From an uncultured Acidobacteriota bacterium (GTDB lineage: Bacteria; Acidobacteriota; Thermoanaerobaculia; Gp7-AA8), in NCBI GenBank assembly GCA_963758195.1, contig CAVWUH010000002.1:4427958-4491957 (forward strand): a stretch of 64,000 bases of DNA, given 5' to 3'. Each line of letters opens with the position of its first letter. Positions within the stretch are counted from its first letter, which is position 1. Of this stretch, positions 26,779-34,782 are shown piece by piece. The notes beneath the pieces are model-generated. The model did no database searches and was not told the origin of the DNA. It saw only the letters and a program-made list of their open reading frames with translations. The position numbers were made by a program, and so were the translations under genes.

Positions 26779-27948
26779 ATGAAACGAAATCAGGAACGAT
26801 TCCGCCCAAGGAAAATCTCATTCGCCGTCCGGATCGTGGTCATGATGGCCGTGCTCGGTCTGGGACTCGTCGGCACACCGGCGTTTGCCTGTACCTTCGA
26901 CGTGCAAGTCAACGAAAGCGCGAAGGGGAATGCGAAGCTCGAATGGGAGCCCGTAGCGGGCGCCCTCTATTACGATATCTATGAGCAGACGGGGTACAGC
27001 TCGTTGATGTACGCCGGGACCGCTCGCCGGGGCGTGATCGAGATCCCGCCGGCGACCACGGATCAGCAGCAGCACAGCTATACGGTCTTCGCGCGCTCCA
27101 ACGATCCGAATTTTCTTTGTGTCGGCGGAAACCGGCTCATCATCGGTGATCGGGAGCTCGGTACGCTTACAGAGAAGAAAATCATTCCTCTTGTCGGTTC
27201 CGTGCGCGGCGCGAATGGTTCGGATTTTCGTACCTCGCTGACACTGACCAAGACGGCGCTGCGCAAGGGGAGAATCGTCTTCCGTCCGACCGGTACAGTG
27301 GCCAGCAGCGCCGATCCTTTCATTCGCTATGCATTCGGTGACAACAATGATGGAAGCCCCGAGGAGTTCCATTGGGACGACATCGTGTCGGCGATTGGCG
27401 CAACCGGGACAGGTTCGCTGGAGATCATTCCCGAGAAGACCGGCGGCGAGACTTCCTTGAGAACGCCTCCCATCAGCGCGCGCGTGTACAACGTGGCCGA
27501 GAAGGGGACGTTTGGCGCGCATGCGGACGCGGTTCGCCCGGCGGAGTGGTTCCTCTCTCCCGCCACGCAGCATGCCTCGGTCGGCATTTTCGTCCCCGCC
27601 GCACATGGAAATTCGCGGCGGAACATCGGCTTTCGCACGCTGACGTCGGTGATGTACCGCATCACCGTCTTTACTCCGGGTCAGCCCTCGTATCAAGTCA
27701 CCGGGAATGCGCCGGCGGCGTTCACGCAATTCAGCTCTCTCGATGCTTTTGTCGGGCAGCACGTGCCCGACAATGCCTACATCTATGTCAGCTTCATGGA
27801 TGGCTTCGCCATCGGTTTCTATACCGAGACGGACAACGTGACCAACGATCCCATCCTCGTCGTCGACACTCCTTCCGAGCTTGAAGACTCGGTGTCCTGG
27901 GGCTTCCAGGGAGGACTGCCCGAGAGCCGCACGGTGCAACAGCACTGA
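26779..27948 (+). CDS. hypothetical secreted protein with FN3-like N-terminal segment
   Basis: ATG 26779 with GGGAGG upstream, plus a signal/anchor. Contains KLEWEPVAGALYYDIYEQ. Confidence 0.65.
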   Translation: MKRNQERFRPRKISFAVRIVVMMAVLGLGLVGTPAFACTFDVQVNESAKGNAKLEWEPVAGALYYDIYEQTGYSSLMYAGTARRGVIEIPPATTDQQQHSYTVFARSNDPNFLCVGGNRLIIGDRELGTLTEKKIIPLVGSVRGANGSDFRTSLTLTKTALRKGRIVFRPTGTVASSADPFIRYAFGDNNDGSPEEFHWDDIVSAIGATGTGSLEIIPEKTGGETSLRTPPISARVYNVAEKGTFGAHADAVRPAEWFLSPATQHASVGIFVPAAHGNSRRNIGFRTLTSVMYRITVFTPGQPSYQVTGNAPAAFTQFSSLDAFVGQHVPDNAYIYVSFMDGFAIGFYTETDNVTNDPILVVDTPSELEDSVSWGFQGGLPESRTVQQH

Positions 27949-28054
27949 GCCTTTGTGGGTGGATTGTCGCGGCGACAAACGCGGCGGTCCACCTCGCGCC
28001 TTTGCGAAGCTTCGCGCACGAACGTGGCCGGAGCAATCGCAGCAACGATGAGTT

Positions 28055-28117
28055 CATTCGGAGGCGCGGAGAGAAAGTATTCTGACGACCTCCGCATCTC
28101 CGCGTCTCCGCGTGAAC
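28055..28117. repeat. family A repeat, degenerate copy A2
   Basis: ..ttcggaggcgcggagag...cctccgcatctccgcgtctccgcgtgaac. The left terminus is eroded. Confidence 0.65.
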
Positions 28118-28220
28118 CATCCTGTCGCCTCGCCGCAGGGGCGTGAATCACGACGACGTCATCCCATTTTTAAAGGCGGTGTGCCGGAGAGACCCGCTGC
28201 GCTCGTGTGCGACGAGACGA

Positions 28221-29309
28221 CTACTTCGCCACCGCGAATTCGGCGCGGCAGCCGTCGCTGACCCAGATGCCTTCGGGGCCGTAGCCCCAGGTGCGGTTGA
28301 GGACGCAGTCGTTGCTGCTGATCTGGCGCACGAGGCCGACGCCGCGTTTGGTGTCGACGGCGCATTGTGTTTGTTTGCCATCGGTCGATTCGCAAATCAC
28401 ACGTGCCGCGTTCTCGGGCACGGCATTCGCCGGAAGGCGGAAGCCGCCGAGGGCGAATTGGGCGCGGCAATCGTCGCTGACCCACACGCCGTCTTTATCG
28501 AAGCCCCAGGACTTGTCGAGGATGCAATCTCGATCGCCGAGCTGGCGGACGAGCGCGACGCCGAACTGCGTTTCGGCGGCGCAGTGATTGCGCGCGTTGC
28601 CTTCCGACTCGCAGACGATGGCCCGAACGGTTGCTTTCGGCTTGCTGCGCACGACGAACTCCGCGCGGCAACCTTTCGAGACCCAGATCCCTTTCGCGTC
28701 GTAACCCCACTCCTCGCCGAAGCGGCACAGGTTCTCGCTCAGCGCACGCACGATCTGCACGCCGCCCGTCGTGTCGGCCGCGCAGTCCTTGCGGCGCTTG
28801 CCCTCGGATTCGCAGACGATGACCGGCGAGTCGAGTGTTGCCGCCTTCGGTTGTTTCGCCGGTTTTCGTCCCAGCGTGAGCTCGGCGCGGCATCCCTGAT
28901 CGACCCAGATCAGATCGCGGTCGGGATCAAATCCCCAGCTCAAGCCCTCGAAACACTCCGCCTTGCTGAGCTGCCGCGAAACCCACGCGCCGTGACTCGT
29001 GTCGGCGGCACAGACTGCCCGGCTTCCATTCAGCGATTCGCAGATGACGCGTGCGCCGGGATTGACCTTGTCGATCGTGAACGTCGCGCGACAGCCGCGA
29101 TCCACCCAGACCACGCCACCCTCGCGGGTTCCCCAGGTGGCTCCTTCGAAGCACTGGCGGTCGCTCATCTCCATGACGAGCTTGATCACGCCGCCCGAGC
29201 CGATGCGGCACTCGCGATACGCGCCGCCGGTCGATTCACACGGCCAGGTTTGTGCGCTCAGAGGAACGACCACCAACAAGATCACCGCAAACGCGAGAAA
29301 CCTGCTCAT
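28221..29309 (-). CDS. DUF3011 repeat protein (five units)
   Basis: ATG 29309 with GGAGGAG upstream, plus a signal peptide. The unit CES..C..D....V.L.RQLS...C..G.SWG....IWV..GCRA.F repeats five times. Confidence 0.8.
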   Translation of the reverse strand: MSRFLAFAVILLVVVPLSAQTWPCESTGGAYRECRIGSGGVIKLVMEMSDRQCFEGATWGTREGGVVWVDRGCRATFTIDKVNPGARVICESLNGSRAVCAADTSHGAWVSRQLSKAECFEGLSWGFDPDRDLIWVDQGCRAELTLGRKPAKQPKAATLDSPVIVCESEGKRRKDCAADTTGGVQIVRALSENLCRFGEEWGYDAKGIWVSKGCRAEFVVRSKPKATVRAIVCESEGNARNHCAAETQFGVALVRQLGDRDCILDKSWGFDKDGVWVSDDCRAQFALGGFRLPANAVPENAARVICESTDGKQTQCAVDTKRGVGLVRQISSNDCVLNRTWGYGPEGIWVSDGCRAEFAVAK

Positions 29310-29347
29310 CGCCATCTCCTCCGTTGCGGAGATGATAGGAGAGAAAT

Positions 29348-29414
29348 GGTTCACGCCGAGGCGCGGAGAGCGCGAAGGGTTTTTAACTTCGCGTGCTCCG
29401 CGTCTCCGCGTGAC
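29348..29414. repeat. family A repeat, copy A3
   Basis: ggttcacgccgaggcgcggagag...gctccgcgtctccgcgtgac. It contains the stop codon of the NRPS-like gene. Confidence 0.75.
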
Positions 29415-32145
29415 GATTCTCTCCTCGCGCCTTTTCCAGCGCCCCGCGCATCGCCTTCGCCAGCGAATCGACGTCGCCGCGGATCACGGTGTGGTGTTCG
29501 CCTTTCACGGGGAGGATGTCGAGGTCGTCGCAGAGGGCGCGCCAGCCGACGTCGGGGGTGGTGCCGTCGAAGCCCCAGCCGTGGCGAGCGAGGAAGAGGG
29601 TGACGCGGCCGGCGTAGGGGAGGAGCGCGTCGCGGCGTTGAATCGAAGCGAAATTGCGATTCATTTCCTGCATGTCGATCGGCGCGGTGCGGCGCACGAG
29701 TCCGAGGGCGCGGCGCGCGATGGCGCGGGCGTAGCGCGGGGCCTGGCTCATCGGCTTCTCGCGCAGGAGGGAGAGGTGCTTGAGATAGCTCTTCCACGAC
29801 GGCGTGCGTTGCGATGTCGCGGCGGCGTCGATGAGTCCGACGAACGCGACTTCGTGTCCGGCACGCGAGAGGAGCCGCGCGACGTCGAAGGCGATCACTC
29901 CTCCCGCCGAGTACCCGGCGACGTAGTACGGCCCCTCGGGCTGCACTTCGCGAATGGCGTCGACGTAACAGGCGGCGAGCGCGGCGAAGGTTTTCGGGAA
30001 GGCTTCGGCGGAGAAGCCATGGTGCGTGAGTCCGTAGAACGTCTGCGCGGACCCGAGGAGCGCGGCGAGCTCGCGGAAGATCATCACGCTGCCGCCTTTG
30101 CCGGAAACGCAGAAGAGGGGCGGGAGCGTGCCGTCGCCGCGTTGGACGAGGATCGCGGTGCGCTCGATGTCCGCTTCTCCGCGCGCGCGAAGGTAGTCGG
30201 CCATCTTGGCGACGGTGTTCAGCTCGAGGAGCAGCGAGAGCGGCATCGCGCGGCCGAGGATGCGATGGACTTCGGTGACCAGATGCGCGGCGACGACGGA
30301 TTCGCCTCCGAGATCGTCGAAGAAGTCGTCGTCGATGCAGACGTTGGTGCCGGTGATGCGCGACCAGATCTCGAGGAGCGCTCGTTCGAGATCGTCCGCG
30401 CCGTCATCGGTGCGCGCTTCGATGACATCGACGCGGAGCGTCAGCGCGTTGCGATCGACCTTGCCCGCGCCGGTCATCGGCATCGCCTCGAGGGCGTGGA
30501 GCTGCGAGGGGATCATCGACGAAGGAATCTTGTCGCGGAGTGCGGCGCGAAGCTCGCGCGGGAGGAAGGGCTTGCCCGCGGGCATCACGACGTAGGCGAC
30601 GAGCCGAAGCTCGCCCTGCGCGTCGGGCTTGCCGACGACGACCGCTTCGCGAACGCCGGCGAAGGTGACGAGCGCGGTTTCGATCTCCAGCGGATCGATG
30701 CGGCGGCCGTGGATCTTGAGGCGCGAGTCGGTGCGGCCGATGAAGTAGTAGAGGCCATCGGCGTCGCGCTTGACGAGATCGCCGGTGAAGGTCGTGCGCT
30801 GTTCACCGGCGCCGTTGCTGTCGAGCGCGAACTTCTGCGCGGTGAGCTCCGGAGCGTTCCAGTAGCCGTCGGCGACGTGCGCGCTGCGCACGACCAGCTC
30901 GCCGGGCTCGCCGTCCGGAACGTCGTTGCCTTCGTCGTCGATGAGGCGGACGTGCACGCCGGGGCGCGGGCGTCCGATCGGAACGAGCGGTCCGGGGATC
31001 GGTGTGTCGTGCGTGATGCTCATGTGCATCACCTGTCCCGCTTCGGTGGAGGCGAATCCGCGCTCGAAGGTGCAGGTTCGCGGAAAGCGCGCCTTGAACG
31101 CGTCGATGTCGGCGACGGTGACGACGTCGGCGCCGATGCGGAGCTTGCGGACGCTGGAGAGGTCGAGATCGTCGGGCGCGCTCTGCATGAAGCGGCGGAA
31201 GAGCGCGGGCGTGAGGGTGAGGATGGAGACGCGCTCGCGGCGGATGAACGCCGCCAGTGCATCGAGCGTTTCGTTGCGGGCGTCGAAGGCGCAGAGCGTC
31301 GCGCCGTTGAGGAGCGAGCCGAGGATCTCGTAGGTCGCGCGGGCGAATCCGGGGAGCGCGGTGTAGCTCACGCGCTCGCCGGCGGAACGGCCGTTGACGG
31401 CGGCCTGCGAGACGACGCGTTCGACGAACGAGCGCTGCCGGCTGGCGACCGCTTTCGGCGAGCCGGTGCTGCCGGAGGTGTAGGTGATTTGTACCAACTC
31501 GTTTGGGCAGCTCGCAGCTGGCAGCTGGCAGCTCGCAGGAGATTCGCTGAGAGCTGAAGCCGAGATCGCAGCTGGCAGCTGGCAGCTCGCAGGAGATCCG
31601 CTGCGAGCTGAAGCCGAGATCGCAGATCGCAGATCGCGGTTCGCAGGGACCCTGCTGAGAGCTGCGAGCTGCGAGCTGAGAGCTGAATCGGGGATCGGGA
31701 TTCGTTGCAGTGCAGCAGTTGCTGTCGGGGGACGGTCGATGTCGACGAGCGCGAGTGTCGCGCCCGACGCGGCGAGGATCATGGCGATGCGCTCGTCGGG
31801 ATCGGAGGCGTCGATAACGACGAAGAAGTGACCGGCTTTGATCGCGCCGAGGACAGCGGCGACGAGGGCGACGTTGTCGCGGGTGGCGATGGCGATCGGA
31901 TGTGCTACCGGCGCCTTCGCTGCGAGAAGATCGACGGCGATCGCATCAGACCAGCGATCGAGATCGGCGTAGCTGTAGCGAGCACGCGGCGACGTCAGCG
32001 CGATGGCATCGGGCGCAGAAGCAACGATGTCGCGAAAGCGCTCGGCGATCGACGTCTCGGCAGTGACCGTCGCCGCGCGCTCCTGCGATCCGCGATCTGC
32101 GATCTGCGATCTGGTTTTCGCGATCTGCGATCCGGTTACTGCCAT
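29383..32145 (-). CDS. single-module NRPS-like enzyme (adenylation - carrier protein - thioesterase)
   Basis: A-domain cores ITYTSGSTGSPKAV, FTGDLV, GRTDSRLKIHGRRIDPLEIE and GAGKVDR. Carrier motif DDLGGES. Thioesterase motif GYSAGG. No condensation domain. Start ATG 32145, 10 nt inside the permease gene. Confidence 0.85.
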   Translation of the reverse strand: MAVTGSQIAKTRSQIADRGSQERAATVTAETSIAERFRDIVASAPDAIALTSPRARYSYADLDRWSDAIAVDLLAAKAPVAHPIAIATRDNVALVAAVLGAIKAGHFFVVIDASDPDERIAMILAASGATLALVDIDRPPTATAALQRIPIPDSALSSQLAALSRVPANRDLRSAISASARSGSPASCQLPAAISASALSESPASCQLPAASCPNELVQITYTSGSTGSPKAVASRQRSFVERVVSQAAVNGRSAGERVSYTALPGFARATYEILGSLLNGATLCAFDARNETLDALAAFIRRERVSILTLTPALFRRFMQSAPDDLDLSSVRKLRIGADVVTVADIDAFKARFPRTCTFERGFASTEAGQVMHMSITHDTPIPGPLVPIGRPRPGVHVRLIDDEGNDVPDGEPGELVVRSAHVADGYWNAPELTAQKFALDSNGAGEQRTTFTGDLVKRDADGLYYFIGRTDSRLKIHGRRIDPLEIETALVTFAGVREAVVVGKPDAQGELRLVAYVVMPAGKPFLPRELRAALRDKIPSSMIPSQLHALEAMPMTGAGKVDRNALTLRVDVIEARTDDGADDLERALLEIWSRITGTNVCIDDDFFDDLGGESVVAAHLVTEVHRILGRAMPLSLLLELNTVAKMADYLRARGEADIERTAILVQRGDGTLPPLFCVSGKGGSVMIFRELAALLGSAQTFYGLTHHGFSAEAFPKTFAALAACYVDAIREVQPEGPYYVAGYSAGGVIAFDVARLLSRAGHEVAFVGLIDAAATSQRTPSWKSYLKHLSLLREKPMSQAPRYARAIARRALGLVRRTAPIDMQEMNRNFASIQRRDALLPYAGRVTLFLARHGWGFDGTTPDVGWRALCDDLDILPVKGEHHTVIRGDVDSLAKAMRGALEKARGENRHAETRSTRS
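31507..31690. repeat. oligomer-armed hairpin repeat inside coding sequence, with a 54-bp tandem duplication
   Basis: CAGCTGG/CAGCTCG/CAGATCG units. Units 31514-31567 and 31568-31621 differ at 2 of 54 positions. The complementary arm is cctgctgagagctgcgagctgcgagctgagagctg. Confidence 0.85.
32083..32135. repeat. oligomer repeat (GCGATCT units) at the 5' end of the NRPS-like gene
   Basis: ctgcgatccgcgatctgcgatctgcgatctggttttcgcgatctgcgatccgg, translated as GSQIAKTRSQIADRGSQ. Confidence 0.8.
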
Positions 32146-32906
32146 GGCGCCATTCTCCGAAGCAGCCATTGGATCGGAACGTTGATCGTGATCCCCATCA
32201 GAGAGATCAACACGATCCCGGCGTAGAGATTCTCGGTGCGCATCGTCTGGAGCGACAGCCAGATGATGGACCCGATTCCGGGACTCATGACCGTGAACTC
32301 GATGGCGATGGTCACGAGAAGCCCGAGGTTCGCGGCGATGCGGATGCCGTTGAGGATCATCGGCAGGCTGCCGGGGAGGACCACGTGTCGGAACGTGGCC
32401 ACTCTGCCGCCGCCGTAGCCGCGGATGACTTCGAGATAAAGCGGCGAGATCTGGCGTGCGCCGGCGGCGGCGTTGATCAGTGCGGGAAAGAACACGGTCA
32501 TGGCGATGGAGACGATCTTCGCCCACTCGCTGACGCCGAAGATCACGATGAAGAGCGGGAAGAGGACGATCTTCGGCAGCGGATGAATCGCGGCGATGAA
32601 AGGGTCGACGATGCGCAGCAGGCGCGGCGACCAGCCGATGCAGAGACCGGCGAAGATGCCGGGGATCGCGCCGAGCACGAGCCCGCCGAGGAAGCGGATC
32701 AGCGTGATGCGGACATTCTCGAGGAGATCGTGGCGCCAGAGATCGGCCAGCGTCGCGGCGATGCGCGACGGCGGCGGGAAGATCAGCGCGTTGATCCAGC
32801 CGTTGCGCGCGGCGATCTCCCAGAGCGCGAAGAGCAGCAAGGCGATGGCCGCGGCGATCGCGCGGTCCTTCGCGTTCGCAATCTTCAGTTTCAGCGCGGC
32901 ACCCAC
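32136..32906 (-). CDS. ABC transporter permease (nitrate/sulfonate/taurine NitT-TauT type)
   Basis: 256-aa multi-TM protein with a BPD_transp_1-like sequence; GTG start. Confidence 0.85.
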   Translation of the reverse strand: MGAALKLKIANAKDRAIAAAIALLLFALWEIAARNGWINALIFPPPSRIAATLADLWRHDLLENVRITLIRFLGGLVLGAIPGIFAGLCIGWSPRLLRIVDPFIAAIHPLPKIVLFPLFIVIFGVSEWAKIVSIAMTVFFPALINAAAGARQISPLYLEVIRGYGGGRVATFRHVVLPGSLPMILNGIRIAANLGLLVTIAIEFTVMSPGIGSIIWLSLQTMRTENLYAGIVLISLMGITINVPIQWLLRRMAPWQ

Positions 32907-33667
32907 AGGCTTTCCCGGACCTCCTCTTCGAGAATGCTCCAGACCTGATGGCGGATCGTCTTCGCCGTCTCGCTCTCCAGCACGTCGAGCGCGCGCGGCC
33001 GCGGGAAGGGGACGGCGATCTCTTCGCGGATGCGGGCGGGGCGTCCGCTCAGGACGATGATGCGGTCGCTGAGCAGGATCGCTTCCTCGATGTCGTGCGT
33101 GACGTGCACGACGAGCTTCCGATGCTCCTGCCAGATCCGCAGCAGCTCCTGCTGCAGCACGAGTCGCGTCTGCGCGTCGAGCGATCCGAACGGCTCGTCG
33201 AGGAGCAGGATCTCCGGATCGGCGACGAAGGCGCGGGCGATGCCGACGCGCTGGCGCATGCCGATCGAAAGCTCGTGCGGCTTGTGATGGAGGAAGCGCT
33301 CCAGACCGACCTGCACGATGAAATGCCGCGCGCGCTCGAGCGCGTGCGCGCGATCGGATTCCTGAAAGCGAAGGCCGAGGGCGACGTTCTCGAGGACGTC
33401 GTACCAGGGGAGAAGGCCGTGATCCTGGAAGACGAGCGCGGTGCGGAGCTTCGCCGCGGTGCCCGGTTCATCGAACGTGAGCCGCCCCGAGGTTGGTGCG
33501 ACGAGGCCGGCGATGATCTTGAGGAGCGTCGTCTTTCCGCAGCCGCTCGGGCCGACGATGGAGAGGAACTCCGCGCCGCGCGCGGCGAGACTGATGCCGG
33601 CGAGGGCGGTGGTCTTGTGCGGCCCTGTGCCGTACTCCTTCGTGATTCCGTCGAGGACAAAGCTCAT
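32891..33667 (-). CDS. ABC transporter ATP-binding protein (SsuB/TauB-like)
   Basis: ATG 33667 forms an ATGA overlap with the upstream stop. Walker A GPSGCGKTT, signature LSIGMRQR, Walker B ILLLDEPF. Confidence 0.9.
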   Translation of the reverse strand: MSFVLDGITKEYGTGPHKTTALAGISLAARGAEFLSIVGPSGCGKTTLLKIIAGLVAPTSGRLTFDEPGTAAKLRTALVFQDHGLLPWYDVLENVALGLRFQESDRAHALERARHFIVQVGLERFLHHKPHELSIGMRQRVGIARAFVADPEILLLDEPFGSLDAQTRLVLQQELLRIWQEHRKLVVHVTHDIEEAILLSDRIIVLSGRPARIREEIAVPFPRPRALDVLESETAKTIRHQVWSILEEEVRESLWVPR

Positions 33668-34782
33668 CGTTTTTCTGCGGGGGCTTTCGCGGCGTTGACG
33701 AATGTCGGATTCCACCATTTCGACGTTGCGATCGGGCCGTCGAGATAGCGTTGCTCGAGTGCCCAGTCGAGAAAGGGCTGCACCGCGGTCGCGTCGATGC
33801 GGCCGTCGCCCGAGATGGGGATCCAGCACGCTCGCCGGATGACCTCGGGTGGAAGTTTCGTGTAGCGGCTGAGAATCGCGACGTTGCGATCGGTTTTTCC
33901 TTCGCCGTAGCGGCGGGCGCCGTGGAGATAAGCGCGCATGAAGCGCTTGCCGAGCTCGGGATCGTCGTGCAGTAAACGCTGTCCGAAGATGAGCACGGAG
34001 TTCTGATGGCCGGGCTGCACTTCGCCGGCGGTGGCGACGATCTTCGCCCAGCCTTCTCCGATTGCGCTGCTGAGATTCGGCTCCGTCGTGAGGCGCACTG
34101 CGTCGAGCTTGTCGCGCGAAGAAGCGGCGGTGCCGTTCGGCAACTGCAGGACGACGACGTCCGCGGGCCTGAGTCCGCGCCGCGCGAGGAGGCGCATGGT
34201 GAGGTACTCCATGAGACCGCCGCGAATCAGCGCGATGCGCTCGCCGCGAAGACTGCCCCCCGCGGCTTCGATCCGCTTCGCCGTTTCGATCGGCGCGATG
34301 AAGGCATCGGATGTACAGCCGCGAGGATCGGCGTGACCTTTGTCGGCGACGATCTGCAGCGGAACGCCCTTGATGATCAGATTGAAGATGCCGGAGCGAA
34401 GTCCGGCCGAGAGCACGTCGATCTTTCCGGCGGCAGCGGCAGCGACGGCGGAGTTGGAATCGAGCGAGACGAATTCGGCGTCGATCCCTTCCTGCGCGAA
34501 GAACCCTTCGTCCTTCGCGATCATGATCGGCGCGTAGGTGAGGGTGGGGTTGACGTTGAGACGCACTTTCGCGGCGCTCACGGGTTGTTCGTGGCGGGAG
34601 CAGGAGAGAAACAAGAAGAGAGCGACCAAGCCAAGAACAGTCCCCTCTCCCCGCGTGAGCGGGGAGAGGGTTAGGGTGAGGAGTCGTTCTTTGCGCGAGG
34701 CAGAGCCCCTCACCCTAACCCTCTCCCCACCGCGATGAGGCTGCGGCGGGGAGAGGGGACTGAGAACGTGCTTGATCGTCAT
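33664..34782 (-). CDS. ABC substrate-binding lipoprotein (NMT1/SsuA-like) with repeat-derived insertion in the signal peptide
   Basis: This is the last 372 codons of track ORF 33664..36438. ATG 34782 overlaps the receptor stop (TGATG). The N-terminus is MTIKHV, then a 43-aa repeat-encoded segment, then LGLVALFLFLSC. Confidence 0.75.
   Translation of the reverse strand: MTIKHVLSPLSPPQPHRGGERVRVRGSASRKERLLTLTLSPLTRGEGTVLGLVALFLFLSCSRHEQPVSAAKVRLNVNPTLTYAPIMIAKDEGFFAQEGIDAEFVSLDSNSAVAAAAAGKIDVLSAGLRSGIFNLIIKGVPLQIVADKGHADPRGCTSDAFIAPIETAKRIEAAGGSLRGERIALIRGGLMEYLTMRLLARRGLRPADVVVLQLPNGTAASSRDKLDAVRLTTEPNLSSAIGEGWAKIVATAGEVQPGHQNSVLIFGQRLLHDDPELGKRFMRAYLHGARRYGEGKTDRNVAILSRYTKLPPEVIRRACWIPISGDGRIDATAVQPFLDWALEQRYLDGPIATSKWWNPTFVNAAKAPAEKR
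34639..34762. repeat. family D repeat, copy D1
   Basis: CAGTCCCCTCTCCCC...GGGGAGAGGGTTAGGGTGAGGGG...CCCCTCACCCTAACCCTCTCCCC...GGGGAGAGGGGACTG. The first 58 nt (minus sense) are identical to copy D2. It is flanked by AGAAC at 34634-34638 and 34763-34767. Confidence 0.85.

Noticed and set aside
28999-31557. 852-aa plus-strand ORF
   Set aside because: It is antisense to the NRPS-like gene, whose adenylation, carrier and thioesterase motifs are unambiguous. The composition is Arg/Gly/Ala/Glu-rich.
31507-31690. Possible CRISPR array, here and at the other repeat clusters
   Set aside because: There is no constant repeat alternating with unique spacers. The units are 6-9 nt or form palindromic arms. 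No cas genes are in the window.
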